Source: a bacterium
Lineage (GTDB): Bacteria; Patescibacteriota; Minisyncoccia; Phycocordibacterales; UBA2100
Assembly (NCBI GenBank): GCA_009924895.1
Contig: RFQR01000007.1
Span: 1-63,710, forward strand
Reading direction: 5' to 3'
DNA: 63,710 nucleotides
Both the position numbers and the translations under genes were made by a program. The number at the start of each line of letters is the position of its first letter. The first letter of the stretch is position 1. Shown here piece after piece: positions 27,868 through 38,084 of the stretch. The notes beneath the pieces were generated by a model. It ran no database searches, was not told the origin of the DNA, and saw only the letters and a program-made list of their open reading frames with translations.

Positions 27868-29664
27868 ATGCAAGAGAAAATGCGAATGCTTTTTGCGCAA
27901 CGGAAAGAGGCAATTCTAAGCGCGTATCGAAAGGTCGTCCCCATTGACCCATTTCTAGTGCATGTGAACCTAGTCGTGAGAATGGCACAGTCACTGAAAG
28001 ACATTAGTCTTTTCGTTGGCGGAGCATACATTTTTGAACAGGGGTTCAATAATCAAAAAATGTCGTGGGCATGGGTTGGTGTTGGTATTGCTCTTTACGC
28101 CTTGTACATGGTTATGGGGCTTGGGGTGCGAGCGTGGGGTCAAGAAAGGCACAAGCTTTTCGAAACTGCACTTTCAACCCAACTGGACATGGAGCGTGCT
28201 CGCCACTTGTCAAAACTCGACCTGGGGCGGCTTATCGATCCTGAGTTTCAAGAAATTGAATCAATGTTCGACAGGAGGGGTACACGTGCAGTCACACATC
28301 TGTGGGAAACGTTTGTTCGATTGTGCGCCCAAAGTCTTTCGTTTGTTGCTGGTTGCGCCATTCTTCTGGTTCTTGATCCGGTCTTGGCACTGCTCACAAG
28401 CGTGCTTGCCATTCCGGAAATCGCAGAAAAATGGTTTGAGGCAGAGCGTCGGCGATGGCTCGATGAAGAAGAATGGGAAATCAGGCGTCAACGATCGGTG
28501 ATTGGTGACTTCCTTACCTCCAGTGACAATACATTTGTGCGTCTCCTGCGCTTCACCAAACCGTTCTTTGAGCGGTATCAGATGCTCACGCAAGTGCTTG
28601 ACACAAATGTAAAACAATTCGCGCTCTATGAACGCAATTGGTCGCTTGTGGTAGGAACGATACTCACCGTGGGTTTTGTAATCATCGGACTGTACTTCGG
28701 CTCGAATGTGGTTGAGGGAAAGTACTCGTTGATGCAGCTCGCGGCAATCTTTGCAAGCGTGAAGATGGCGACATCGTCACTGAGTGGTCTCGGGTGGGCA
28801 TTCGGAGAATTTGAACAGGAAGTTAAAGACTACGGATATGTCAGAAAATTCTTTGAGACGAAGCCCTTGGTCGATGAATCAAACTGTCTCCCAGTGCATC
28901 TTACAAGCACTCCACCGATTGAATTTCATGAGGTGGCGTTCAGGTATCAAAACACCGAGAGGTTCGTGATTAAGGACTGCTCACTTGTTTTGAAGCCTGG
29001 TGAGAAGGTTGCAATTGTTGGCCCGAACGGAAGTGGAAAGACGACATTGCTGCGCCTTTTGTCTCGGATATATGTACCAGTAAATGGTGTTGTTCGAGCA
29101 CAGGAGGACCTCTCAATGGTGACACAAGAATCGTGGCTCAATCACTTTGTCATGATGGTGCAAGGCGCGAAGTTTCGGAGTATGGAACTTGTACGTGCCA
29201 TCACAGGAAGTGAGTTATCCACCGTTGATGAAGGGAGGCTTGCAAAGGCTCTTGCGATTACTAGTGCTGCTGAAGTGGTACGAGATTCGCCGCATGGTCT
29301 TGAAACGTGGCTCGGAGCTTTCTGGGCAAAAGGAAAAGGTTTCTCAACTGGTCAAGAGCAGCGAATAGCTCTCTCGGCTGTTGTATACCGGCTTCTTGAA
29401 CCCACGGTGTTTGTAGGTGTGTTCGATGAGCCGACCGCGAATTGCGATGCAGAAATGAAATCGCGGTTCTATGGTGCGCTTACCAACACGCCTGAGTTTA
29501 AAGACAAGACCATTGTCGTGTGTCTCCACGATCCGCTCTACCTACCATTCTTCAATCGTGTCATTCATGTTGAGGATGGTCGCGTGGTGAAAGATCTGAG
29601 GACCACTCCTGAGATTGAGGCGTACATGAAAGATATTGCGCTTTCGCTCTCGGTTGATCTATGA
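27868..29664 (+). CDS. Divergent ABC exporter (fused TMD + NBD)
   Basis: GPNGSGKTT, FSTGQEQR signature, DEPTAN; own promoter, SD and hairpin (29671-29697). Confidence 0.85.
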   Translation: MQEKMRMLFAQRKEAILSAYRKVVPIDPFLVHVNLVVRMAQSLKDISLFVGGAYIFEQGFNNQKMSWAWVGVGIALYALYMVMGLGVRAWGQERHKLFETALSTQLDMERARHLSKLDLGRLIDPEFQEIESMFDRRGTRAVTHLWETFVRLCAQSLSFVAGCAILLVLDPVLALLTSVLAIPEIAEKWFEAERRRWLDEEEWEIRRQRSVIGDFLTSSDNTFVRLLRFTKPFFERYQMLTQVLDTNVKQFALYERNWSLVVGTILTVGFVIIGLYFGSNVVEGKYSLMQLAAIFASVKMATSSLSGLGWAFGEFEQEVKDYGYVRKFFETKPLVDESNCLPVHLTSTPPIEFHEVAFRYQNTERFVIKDCSLVLKPGEKVAIVGPNGSGKTTLLRLLSRIYVPVNGVVRAQEDLSMVTQESWLNHFVMMVQGAKFRSMELVRAITGSELSTVDEGRLAKALAITSAAEVVRDSPHGLETWLGAFWAKGKGFSTGQEQRIALSAVVYRLLEPTVFVGVFDEPTANCDAEMKSRFYGALTNTPEFKDKTIVVCLHDPLYLPFFNRVIHVEDGRVVKDLRTTPEIEAYMKDIALSLSVDL

Positions 29665-29802
29665 GTGCGATGCCCGTCACCCCTGTGGTGACGGGCAGAT
29701 TTTATGCGTAATGAGGTTGCTGTGCAGAAACTATAGAAGAGCTCAATTGTAAGCAAGTGGCACTTGACGCGTCATCATGTATACAGCACAGTTAACACAT
29801 CT

Positions 29803-30522
29803 ATGAAGCACTCTTGTTCACTTTTTATTTTATTTATCCTTATTTGTGGAGCCTCTCCGGTGCACGCAGCCACCTTTTCTAGCTCAGCAATTCGACTCAT
29901 TATGCCGGATGCGGTGGTGGTTGCCACAACCACTCAATCAGAACGAACTACAGAAGTTCCCACGTCTGGAGGAGGTGCTCTTGATCCGCTTTCATGCGCA
30001 GAACGTCTGGAACAGGCGGAAAAAGAGTATCTCGCAGGTCTTCTTACTCAAGATCAGTTGATGTCTAAGATTTGTGAGACTGACAAAGGGCTCGCAGCAT
30101 CTTGGCTCATTAATCACTCAGTGCAATCTCAGGGTGAAGTTGAGAATAAAGTGCAGGAAGGTCTTGGTGCAGCGGCGGCAACATCTTCACCAGCTCGCGT
30201 TTCTCCTTCGGCGATGAAGACCATTCCAGCATCCGCAACTTCAAGTACAAAAAGGATATCACCAATGCTACCGCTACAAACTGACTGTGCTCAGAAGTTT
30301 GAGAAACTCAAGAAGCAACTCTTGAACGAAGAGATTACTACGGATCAATTCGTGGCAGGCGTGTGTTCAAAGGATAAAGCTGCTGCAGCTTCGTGGGTAG
30401 TAAGTCAGGGATTCAAGAACGCTTCTGGTCCTCAGGTGGGGACTACGACGCATGAAAATGATTCAAAGCAAAAGAGTGTATTTGAGCAGATTTCACACTG
30501 GTTCACTTCACTATTTTGGTAG
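29803..30522 (+). CDS. Secreted hypothetical protein with an internal duplicated Cys-containing domain
   Basis: Signal peptide; CAERLE..LLTQDQLMSKICETDKGLAASW repeated as CAQKFE..EITTDQFVAGVCSKDKAAAASW. Confidence 0.7.
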   Translation: MKHSCSLFILFILICGASPVHAATFSSSAIRLIMPDAVVVATTTQSERTTEVPTSGGGALDPLSCAERLEQAEKEYLAGLLTQDQLMSKICETDKGLAASWLINHSVQSQGEVENKVQEGLGAAAATSSPARVSPSAMKTIPASATSSTKRISPMLPLQTDCAQKFEKLKKQLLNEEITTDQFVAGVCSKDKAAAASWVVSQGFKNASGPQVGTTTHENDSKQKSVFEQISHWFTSLFW

Positions 30523-30528
30523 ATTTCT

Positions 30529-30798
30529 ATGGATGAGAATCCTATAGAAGAGTTGGAGAAAGTGGTTCACAATGTGCACGAACTGTCAGTTCAGCACACG
30601 CGACCCTTGTTCAGTAAATATCCGTTGCTGTTTGCTTTCCTTGTAGTGTTTAGCATTGGAGCATTGCTTCATGGTTTTGATTTATGGATTGATTCGGTGC
30701 CAGTACTGAAACAGCATCCTGGGTATCTTATGCTTGCTGGAATAGGAGGATTACTTATAACCGGCTCTTTGTATAGTTGGCTTGAAAAAGTGCAGTGA
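30529..30798 (+). CDS. Small membrane protein
   Basis: Two TM segments, tightly spaced in a gene run. Confidence 0.65.
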   Translation: MDENPIEELEKVVHNVHELSVQHTRPLFSKYPLLFAFLVVFSIGALLHGFDLWIDSVPVLKQHPGYLMLAGIGGLLITGSLYSWLEKVQ

Positions 30799-30825
30799 TT
30801 CACTTGCCACGATATACTGTGTGGC

Positions 30826-31500
30826 ATGAAATATTTTCTTTTTGCACTCGGCGCGCTTGTTATTGGGGGAGTTGGTTTTTTCTTGTCACAACGTGCGCCG
30901 GTAGGTACCACTGTTTCTGAAGGTTATTCAACGCAGAACACCTCGTCCACGCAGGAGAAGCAAGTCGTTTCCGAACAGGTGTCACCTTCACAGTCTGTCA
31001 CTTCTCCAGTACACTCAAAACCTATGAAAGCAACTATTACAACAAATCAGGGAGTTATTACAATCAAGTTGTTTGGTGATCAGGTTCCAAACACAGTAGC
31101 GAATTTTGCAAAGCTTGCAGGAGAGAAATTTTATGATGGCACCAAGTTTCATCGCGTTATCGAGAACTTCATGATTCAAGGCGGTGATCCGCTTACCAAA
31201 GACGATGCACAGATGGACCGATGGGGAACGGGTGGTCCAGGGTATCGTTTTAACGATGAGATTGGTGCAAACAACCGTAACGATGTCGGCACTATCTCAA
31301 TGGCAAATGCTGGTCCCAACACCAACGGCAGCCAATTTTTTATCAATACTGCGAACAATAATTTCCTCGATACTAAGCACACTGTTTTTGGAAAAGTGAT
31401 TGAAGGTATGGACGTTGTCATGAAAATCAGCGGCACAAAAACAGGTCCCGGTGACCGCCCCGTGTCGCCCATGGTAATTGAGCGTATTACGGTTAAGTAG
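30826..31500 (+). CDS. Cyclophilin-type peptidyl-prolyl isomerase, membrane anchored
   Basis: FYDGTKFHRVIENFMIQGGDP, SMANAGPNTNGSQFFI. Confidence 0.95.
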   Translation: MKYFLFALGALVIGGVGFFLSQRAPVGTTVSEGYSTQNTSSTQEKQVVSEQVSPSQSVTSPVHSKPMKATITTNQGVITIKLFGDQVPNTVANFAKLAGEKFYDGTKFHRVIENFMIQGGDPLTKDDAQMDRWGTGGPGYRFNDEIGANNRNDVGTISMANAGPNTNGSQFFINTANNNFLDTKHTVFGKVIEGMDVVMKISGTKTGPGDRPVSPMVIERITVK

Positions 31501-31529
31501 TGCTGCGCCGTCAGTGTACAATACCGTGT

Positions 31530-32195
31530 ATGGTGAATCAGCGTGGATATGTGGGTCCGTATGCGCTCGCAACGGTATTCTTTTTCATATTCTCTGCACT
31601 TGGCCTGTTTGTCTTTTTCACGTTTGTTGTCCCGATCCTCAGTGATGCGCCATCCCGGTCGTTTGAGGCTGCTGCAGCAACTACCACGGTGTATTCTATT
31701 TCGAGTACGAGTACCCTGGGCGCTGAAGTTGTCGCAAATGCATCGTCATCGTTAGAAATGGCAACAACGACAAGTAATCGAGTCGGATATTTTGTGCTCC
31801 GTAAACTGGATATGGGGAAGCGACCGTATGCGATTGACATTGCACTCTCTCCCGATGTACCGACCTCGACCCCGAAAGTTTCTCTTACTGGCTGGAAGTT
31901 ACAAAGTACAGTGACAGGATATACGTATGAGTTGCCTGATACCGTTGGGACGATGATGACATTTGCGGGCGTGCCACACTCCTCTACGACTGCTGAAATC
32001 GTCGTGTATCCTTCTACGGGTTTTGCGCACATAACGGTGTATCAAGATGGGAATCCAAATGATAATTACATCCGGCAAACAGAAGTTACCGACTATGGAC
32101 TCTTCATTGGCGCGCTTGCATCGGTGTGGAGACCGAAAGACACTGTTGTGCTGCTTGATGAGAAGGGAGCGGTGATAACTACATTGACCTTGTAA
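31530..32195 (+). CDS. Hypothetical membrane-anchored protein (possible lamin-tail-like beta domain)
   Basis: One TM; SLTGWKL and DTVVLLDEKG motifs. Confidence 0.6.
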   Translation: MVNQRGYVGPYALATVFFFIFSALGLFVFFTFVVPILSDAPSRSFEAAAATTTVYSISSTSTLGAEVVANASSSLEMATTTSNRVGYFVLRKLDMGKRPYAIDIALSPDVPTSTPKVSLTGWKLQSTVTGYTYELPDTVGTMMTFAGVPHSSTTAEIVVYPSTGFAHITVYQDGNPNDNYIRQTEVTDYGLFIGALASVWRPKDTVVLLDEKGAVITTLTL

Positions 32196-32245
32196 GGTGC
32201 ATGCAGAGGACTACTAAAAATTTTTCTCTGAGGCATAATGAGGAG

Positions 32246-32896
32246 ATGAAAAAATTACTTTCGTCTTTCATTATAAGTCTGTGTGCTCTTGTCCCTTTTG
32301 CTGCTTCTGCGGCGAGTACGTTTGATTATCTGTGGGAGAATACCTTCCACTATACAACATTGTTTGAAAGCTTGGATGGCTATCATGTGAGCGGAAATGC
32401 TTCGGTCGACGGCAGCCAGCTTCTCCTAGTTGCTGACAATACAACTGGAACCTCAGAAGTGAAAAAGACTCCCGCGTGGCAAGGAGTAATTACGTTTTCG
32501 CAGCGCAGTCGTTTTCGAACGACCATCGCCATGGCAGATAGCAGTAAGGCGGTTGTCTACTATGGCATTGGTGACCGCACGAGGCAAGGATACGGATTTA
32601 AAATAGTTGATGGTTTTTTGTATGGCTACACGAATGATGGTACGACAGAAAAAACAACGCTCGTAGGCGCCGTGAAGCCCGGAGAAATCTATACTCTCGA
32701 AGCGCGCTTTAAACCAAACAGTATGGCTGTGTTTTATGTTAACCGCGTCATCATGGGTACTATCAAATCCTCGCTCCCTCGCGCTACAAAGGTCCCTAAT
32801 AGAAACTTCTTTACAATTACACTCATCAGTGCTGACGGTACGGCGAAATCGTTCCAGACGTCCTACTTTGAGTACCTGCAGACTCGCAACGAGTAA
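32246..32896 (+). CDS. Secreted beta-rich hypothetical protein
   Basis: Signal peptide ending ASA. Confidence 0.65.
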   Translation: MKKLLSSFIISLCALVPFAASAASTFDYLWENTFHYTTLFESLDGYHVSGNASVDGSQLLLVADNTTGTSEVKKTPAWQGVITFSQRSRFRTTIAMADSSKAVVYYGIGDRTRQGYGFKIVDGFLYGYTNDGTTEKTTLVGAVKPGEIYTLEARFKPNSMAVFYVNRVIMGTIKSSLPRATKVPNRNFFTITLISADGTAKSFQTSYFEYLQTRNE

Positions 32897-32898
32897 GT

Positions 32899-33621
32899 AT
32901 GGTCTCGCCTGCTGTCACGCGTTTTTATACTGGACTACATGCAAACGCAACGAGTGCGCGCCTCAATTGGTTACGCGCGTCAGTCTTGGGAGCAAACGAT
33001 GGTATCGTTTCAATCGCAGCACTGGTTGTTGGCGTTGCGGGGGCAACAGTGAGTGCAAGCACCATTCTTGTTACCGGAATTGCAGGGCTCCTCGCGGGGG
33101 CACTTTCTATGGCGGTTGGCGAATATGTCTCGGTGTCGAGCCAGCGGGATACCGAAGAAGCACTTCTTGAAAAGGAAAAATATGAGCTCGATGCGTTCCC
33201 GCAGGCGGAACTTGAAGAACTGGCACACATGTATGAACAAAAAGGAGTCAGTAAGGAAACGGCGCTCGAGGTTGCAAAAGAGCTGACAGCACACGATGCA
33301 TTTGCCGCTCATGTCGAAGCGGAATTACACATTGATCCGAACGATCTTACCAACCCATGGCACGCCGCGTTTGCTTCCGCTGCGTCCTTTACCGCTGGTG
33401 CACTCATACCACTCATTGCAGTTGTGCTTTCACCGGAAAATGTGCGCGTGTTTCTCACCTTTATAGCGACCGCACTTGCGCTTGTCGTTACAGGCTTTTT
33501 AAGTGCACGAATGAGCGATAGTAATGCCCTCAAGGTGATAACACGCGTGGTACTTGGTGGAGTCTTTGCAATGGCAGTCACCTTTGGTATCGGTATGCTG
33601 TTTGGTGTTTCGGGTATCTAG
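32899..33621 (+). CDS. VIT1/CCC1 family Fe/Mn transporter
   Basis: LRASVLGANDGIVS, GALSMAVGEYVSVSSQRD. Confidence 0.95.
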   Translation: MVSPAVTRFYTGLHANATSARLNWLRASVLGANDGIVSIAALVVGVAGATVSASTILVTGIAGLLAGALSMAVGEYVSVSSQRDTEEALLEKEKYELDAFPQAELEELAHMYEQKGVSKETALEVAKELTAHDAFAAHVEAELHIDPNDLTNPWHAAFASAASFTAGALIPLIAVVLSPENVRVFLTFIATALALVVTGFLSARMSDSNALKVITRVVLGGVFAMAVTFGIGMLFGVSGI

Positions 33622-33642
33622 AGTCAGATGTACAATGGTCGC

Positions 33643-34149
33643 ATGAAAACACTTATATGGGTAGCGGGTGGTTTACTCGTCATTATCATTAGTGGTGGTT
33701 GGTTTGTGTTCCAAAAGGGTGCAGCTAAAGAAGGCGGGGCAGCTGCTCCACAGCAGGAGACGACTTCGTCGTGGACCGATGTTCTCAAGTCAGGCGGTGA
33801 CCACGTGTGTACTGTTGCGGTGACAAAGGGTCCGGCACAGTCCAAAGGAACCTTGTATGTTTCTGGCAGTGATGTCCGTGGGGACTTTGTGAGCAGTGTC
33901 GCGGGGCAAAATATCCAATCGTTTATGATCATGACTGGCGGTTTCGTATACAACTGGACTAATCAGTACCCACAAGGCATAAAGGTACCTGTTGCCCCTA
34001 ATGCTGATCCGGTATCGATCATGGCAAAAACACAAACCGATATGCAAGGTGTCACATATGATTGCAAACCATGGACGCGTGATGCATCAAAGTTTACTCT
34101 TCCGAAGAGCGTGCAGTTTATGTCGCCCCCAACAGTGCCAGGTCGATAG
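33643..34149 (+). CDS. Hypothetical secreted or anchored protein
   Basis: N-terminal TM; C-terminal YDCKPW..D.SKF.LP motif. Confidence 0.7.
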   Translation: MKTLIWVAGGLLVIIISGGWFVFQKGAAKEGGAAAPQQETTSSWTDVLKSGGDHVCTVAVTKGPAQSKGTLYVSGSDVRGDFVSSVAGQNIQSFMIMTGGFVYNWTNQYPQGIKVPVAPNADPVSIMAKTQTDMQGVTYDCKPWTRDASKFTLPKSVQFMSPPTVPGR

Positions 34150-34155
34150 AGTGAT

Positions 34156-34656
34156 ATGAAGCGTGCCCTGTTTTCAGCGACTCCCCTTTTGTGTGTGGTC
34201 TGGTTTGTGACGCTGTTGGTGTATGTCGTCGCACAACAGATATACCGAACAGGACATAATGATCCACAAATGTTGAAGTTGTCGGAAGGGGTGAGAAAAT
34301 TGATATTGAAAAAAGTCTGGCGCCGTTTATCGGGGTCTATGATATAGACGGTACACCACTTGAGTTCTCAGGATTTATGAGTGGGTCAGTTCCGCAGCCG
34401 CCGAAGGGTGTTTGATGCTGCTCGAGAGCGAGGTGAGCACCGTGTAACATGGGAGCCAAAAAAGGGAGTGCGTATTGTGCTTGTTGTTGTGCCGACAAGC
34501 AAGGGTTGGTTTGTTGCTGCGGGACGGAATATGAGTGAGGTTCAGCATCGGATTGGCGTATTGGCAAGGCTCTGTCTCGTATTTGCTACGACAGCCACGG
34601 TGCTTTTGTACGCCCTTATGCTTGGTACGAACAAAATGAGGCGCACCCAAGAGTAA
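34156..34656 (+). pseudogene. Frameshifted membrane protein gene
   Basis: Three frames join into one coherent protein: AQQIYRTGHNDPQ / IDIEKSLAPFIGVYD..PQPPKGV / FDAARERGEHRVTWEP. Confidence 0.7.
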
Positions 34657-35227
34657 AGAGCTTTTTGCAGCGGGTGCGGTTGTCCTCGCGATTGGGGGTA
34701 ATGCACCCTATATTCGCAATATTTTTTGAGGAACAGTACGACCCCATCCGTATACCTGGTTTGTTGGTTCCTTAGTTTCGGGTATCACGCTTTTCGGTAT
34801 GTATGTAAAAGGGGCTGGTGTTGGGGCCATACCGGTTCTTGTCTCTGAATTATTCACGATTAGTATTTTTGTGCTTGCGCTGCGATATGGTTTTCGATCG
34901 ATACATCCAACGGACCACATCTTTTTGGTAATTGCGCTTCTCGGTCTTATCCCATGGTTTATAACACAGGACCCAGCAGTTTCGGTTGTAATCACCATAG
35001 CGATTGACGCTGTCTCATTTGTGCCGACTATTCGGAAAAGCTACCATTTTCCGCGTACAGAATATGTTGCGCTTTTTGGTGCAAATGTGGTGCGCCATGT
35101 ACTTATTTTGTTTTCACTCGAAGCATACAATATTGCGACGACTTTGCATTCCATTGCCATGATTCTGCTCAACACAGGTATGACCCTGCTCCTCTTGCTT
35201 CGAAAGCGGGAGTTGCCAGAGATATAA
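34657..35227 (+). pseudogene. Membrane protein gene with in-frame TGA (34727-34729) and no intact start
   Basis: KELFAAGAVVLAIGGNAPYIRNIF*GTVRPHPYTW continues in frame into the 34799-35227 ORF. Confidence 0.7.
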
Positions 35228-35281
35228 ACGAACACTGTGGCGCAGAAAAGCTACGAAGTAATCATTTGTTATACTATTCGA

Positions 35282-36082
35282 ATGGCCCAATTCAGAAAAT
35301 CATATAATCCATATCGTTCGAGCGACTGGAACTACGGCGGCAACAAGTGGCGACTCTCGCGCTCAAAAATTGAACTCTTCACCGAGTGCCCGCGTTGTTT
35401 TTACCTCGATAATAAGCTGGGAACAGGGCGTCCTCGAGGCCCAGCGTTCACGCTCAACGTTGCGGTCGATGCGCTTCTCAAAAAAGAATTCGATTCGCAT
35501 CGCGTTGCAAAATCAGCGCACCCCTTGATGGAGCAATACGGTATTGATGCGGTCCCATACGAACATCCCAAAATGGATATTTGGCGCGAAAATTTTAAAG
35601 GAATTGAGTATGCTGAACCCGAAACGGGGTTTGTTGTCTCTGGCGCAGTCGATGATGTGTGGCAGAGCCCACAAGGCGAGCTCATTGTAGTCGACTACAA
35701 AGCAACCTCCAAAGACGGCACTATTGAGACGCTCTCAGATTCGTCGTGGGAAGATTCATATAAACGCCAGATGGGTGTGTATCAGTGGCTTTTGCGTAAG
35801 AATGGATTCACGGTTTCTGACACGGGATATTTTGTCTACGCCAATGCCTCATCCGACAAGTCTGCATTTGATGCGCAGCTTGAATTTGAAGTAACGCTTG
35901 TCCCGTGTACCGGTGAGACTGATTGGATAGACGAGACACTTCCGCAGATTAAGGCCTGCCTCGATAGCGATGCGTTGCCGGTCGTGGGCGAGCGGTGCGA
36001 GTATTGCCCGTATCGTGAGGCAGCAGGGAAGAAGCTCCAGGCGCTTGCAAAAGCGGCAAAACAGCCAAAACTCGAGTTGTAG
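35282..36082 (+). CDS. PD-(D/E)XK nuclease family protein
   Basis: LSRSKIELFTECPRCFY, GAVDD..IVVDYKAT..RQMGVY, CEYC. Confidence 0.88.
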   Translation: MAQFRKSYNPYRSSDWNYGGNKWRLSRSKIELFTECPRCFYLDNKLGTGRPRGPAFTLNVAVDALLKKEFDSHRVAKSAHPLMEQYGIDAVPYEHPKMDIWRENFKGIEYAEPETGFVVSGAVDDVWQSPQGELIVVDYKATSKDGTIETLSDSSWEDSYKRQMGVYQWLLRKNGFTVSDTGYFVYANASSDKSAFDAQLEFEVTLVPCTGETDWIDETLPQIKACLDSDALPVVGERCEYCPYREAAGKKLQALAKAAKQPKLEL

Positions 36083-36147
36083 CTTAAACATGCTGCATCT
36101 TAGGTATATAACAATCGACGGTCCAATCAAGGATCAGGAGATACCCA

Positions 36148-36453
36148 ATGATTCGTCCATTCTATCTGTATCGTACCTGGGTGCTTGAGCCGGTTGCATA
36201 CGCTATTCGCGATATCTGCCGGAGTTTCTGGTGGTTCTTTCGGGGGCTCCGGTATGTGCTGGGTCTCTCGCTCTTAGGCGCTGGATTTTGCGCACTCTAC
36301 GAATTGTATACCGCAGAGCAGATTCTGTTTCTGTGGATTGATCACGAGACTGCGCGGACCGACGGCGCCTTCATTGCGGACATAGTGTACGGTGTCTACG
36401 CGCTCATAGCGATCGTATTCGGCACGAACATTCTTGTTCCTTCACGAGAGTGA
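36148..36453 (+). CDS. Orphan membrane protein
   Basis: SD AGGAG, two TM, hairpin near 36464-36487. Confidence 0.6.
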   Translation: MIRPFYLYRTWVLEPVAYAIRDICRSFWWFFRGLRYVLGLSLLGAGFCALYELYTAEQILFLWIDHETARTDGAFIADIVYGVYALIAIVFGTNILVPSRE

Positions 36454-36573
36454 GTGAGAACACAAAGGCGGGCTTCGGACCGCCTTTCCTGTTCAAAGAA
36501 TTTCCTTGAGCTTTACAAATGGAGTAAAAAGTGAGAATTTTCAGGCAGTAGTAACCCAAGAGGAGAAAGGCAG

Positions 36574-37128
36574 ATGAGGCTAATCTATTCTCTCGGAGGG
36601 GACAGAAGCGCCGTCTTATACCTTGAGGCCCAAGTCCGCTTTGTAGTCCCTGGCGCGATAATAGTTAGAAATAATCCAAGTCAACTTGGTCCAAGGATAC
36701 CGTTGCTTACATTGCAATACGAGCTCGGCACTCTCGGTGGCGTTTCGGCGATACTTGGTCAGATGAAGTGCAAGCATGAAGAGCCTGTTGTCTATGTCTG
36801 GGACGAAGAAAAACCTGAGCCGGAAGTCGCGATTCTATTCCGAACCGATTCTCCAGAGAAAGAGGTGCTCGATCGGATTTCAGGCAGCACGGGCGCACTT
36901 GTTAATGCAACAGTGGTAGAAGGCGGGCGTGTACACGCGTTCACCCTTGCTGAAGTCAATCTGAGTTCTCGTTATGTTCGTCAGCTTGTTGCCGATAGTG
37001 CTGCGCTCGACATGAAGCTCGTTGTCGACGTTCACGAAACAGGTACTCAGCTCGACGTTCGCGCTGAACCCATAGCTCGGTTCACTGGAGCAAGACTCAA
37101 GCGGGAAGAGCTGCCTCGCTTACTGTGA
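36574..37128 (+). CDS. Orphan hypothetical protein
   Basis: SD AGGAG (36561-36565), hairpin at 37136-37164. Confidence 0.65.
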   Translation: MRLIYSLGGDRSAVLYLEAQVRFVVPGAIIVRNNPSQLGPRIPLLTLQYELGTLGGVSAILGQMKCKHEEPVVYVWDEEKPEPEVAILFRTDSPEKEVLDRISGSTGALVNATVVEGGRVHAFTLAEVNLSSRYVRQLVADSAALDMKLVVDVHETGTQLDVRAEPIARFTGARLKREELPRLL

Positions 37129-37232
37129 AATGAAGCCGTTCAATTGTTTCGCAATTGGACGGCCTAGTATTTGTTGGCGTGAGCTGGAATCAGCGCGAAT
37201 TTTTTAGTATATTTGTACGGCTAGTTATGTAC

Positions 37233-37304
37233 GGCCCTATCGTCTAGCGGCTAGGACGTGTCCTTCTCAAGGATAAAACCGGGGTTCGATTCCCCGTAGG
37301 GTCA
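37233..37304 (+). tRNA. tRNA-Glu (CTC)
   Basis: Acceptor GGCCCTA/TAGGGTC, anticodon loop TTCTCAA. Confidence 0.93.
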
Positions 37305-37359
37305 CAATTAGAGACAAAACGGCTCTCAAGAGCAACAAAGCCGTTTTTACACTTAAAAT

Positions 37360-38079
37360 ATGACCACCCACGAGATGAAGTTACAACCAAATCCGTTTGA
37401 GAAAATCAAAGCGGGGTCAAAAACAATTGAGATACGGCTCAACGACGAGAAACGCCAACTCGTGAAAGTCGGAGACCGCATTGTTTTTTCACTGATGACA
37501 GACCCGACCCAGAGAATTGAAGTGGGCGTTGTAGATTTGTATAAGCACTCATCGTTTTCAGAGCTGTTTGACGCTCATCCCGCATCGGATTTTGGTGCCA
37601 CTGACAAAGCCGATTTGATGGGAATACGTAAATATTACTCCGAGGAAGATGAGCAAAAATATGGTGCGCTAGGTATCAGAATAAAATACATCCACGAACG
37701 AGGAGAAATCCCTAAAATCATCAAAGATGTGGGGTTTGATTTCAACTGGGAGGAAGAAAAAGTTTGGGCACTTGATATACCTGTTGAGGAGATAGATATA
37801 AGTGAACTCACGTGGCATTTTGATATTCCATTTCTCTGGGAAAGAGGTGTGTATGACCTCAAACCACAGGATGTCATAGATAACCCCAATGCCCACAAAA
37901 AAGAGTACGAACGCACAATGAAAGCAGACCTCGTACACCCGATAGACATAATGCAAAACAAAGGTCGGTGGCTGATTTTGGATGGACTGCATCGTTTGAT
38001 GAAGGCATCAACTTTGGGTATGCAAAAAGTGAAAGTCCGTAAAGTACCACGTGAACGTATACCTGACATTGAAAAATAA
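37360..38079 (+). CDS. ASCH domain fused to a ParB/sulfiredoxin-like domain
   Basis: N-terminal IKAGSKTIEIRLND..GDRIVF; C-terminal HPIDI..WLILDGLHRLMKA. Confidence 0.82.
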   Translation: MTTHEMKLQPNPFEKIKAGSKTIEIRLNDEKRQLVKVGDRIVFSLMTDPTQRIEVGVVDLYKHSSFSELFDAHPASDFGATDKADLMGIRKYYSEEDEQKYGALGIRIKYIHERGEIPKIIKDVGFDFNWEEEKVWALDIPVEEIDISELTWHFDIPFLWERGVYDLKPQDVIDNPNAHKKEYERTMKADLVHPIDIMQNKGRWLILDGLHRLMKASTLGMQKVKVRKVPRERIPDIEK

Positions 38080-38084
38080 TTTTT

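Noticed and set aside
34727-34729. In-frame TGA as evidence of genetic code 25 (UGA=Gly), or TAG reassignment
   Set aside because: Intact genes end in TGA (dnaX, dus, ParB-neighbouring cassettes, GIY-YIG) and TAG (parB, topA, VIT1, ABC ATPase), and TAA is also seen internally; decay fits better.
35282-36082. Cas4 assignment
   Set aside because: No CRISPR context; generic PD-(D/E)XK/AddB-like nuclease is the supportable call.
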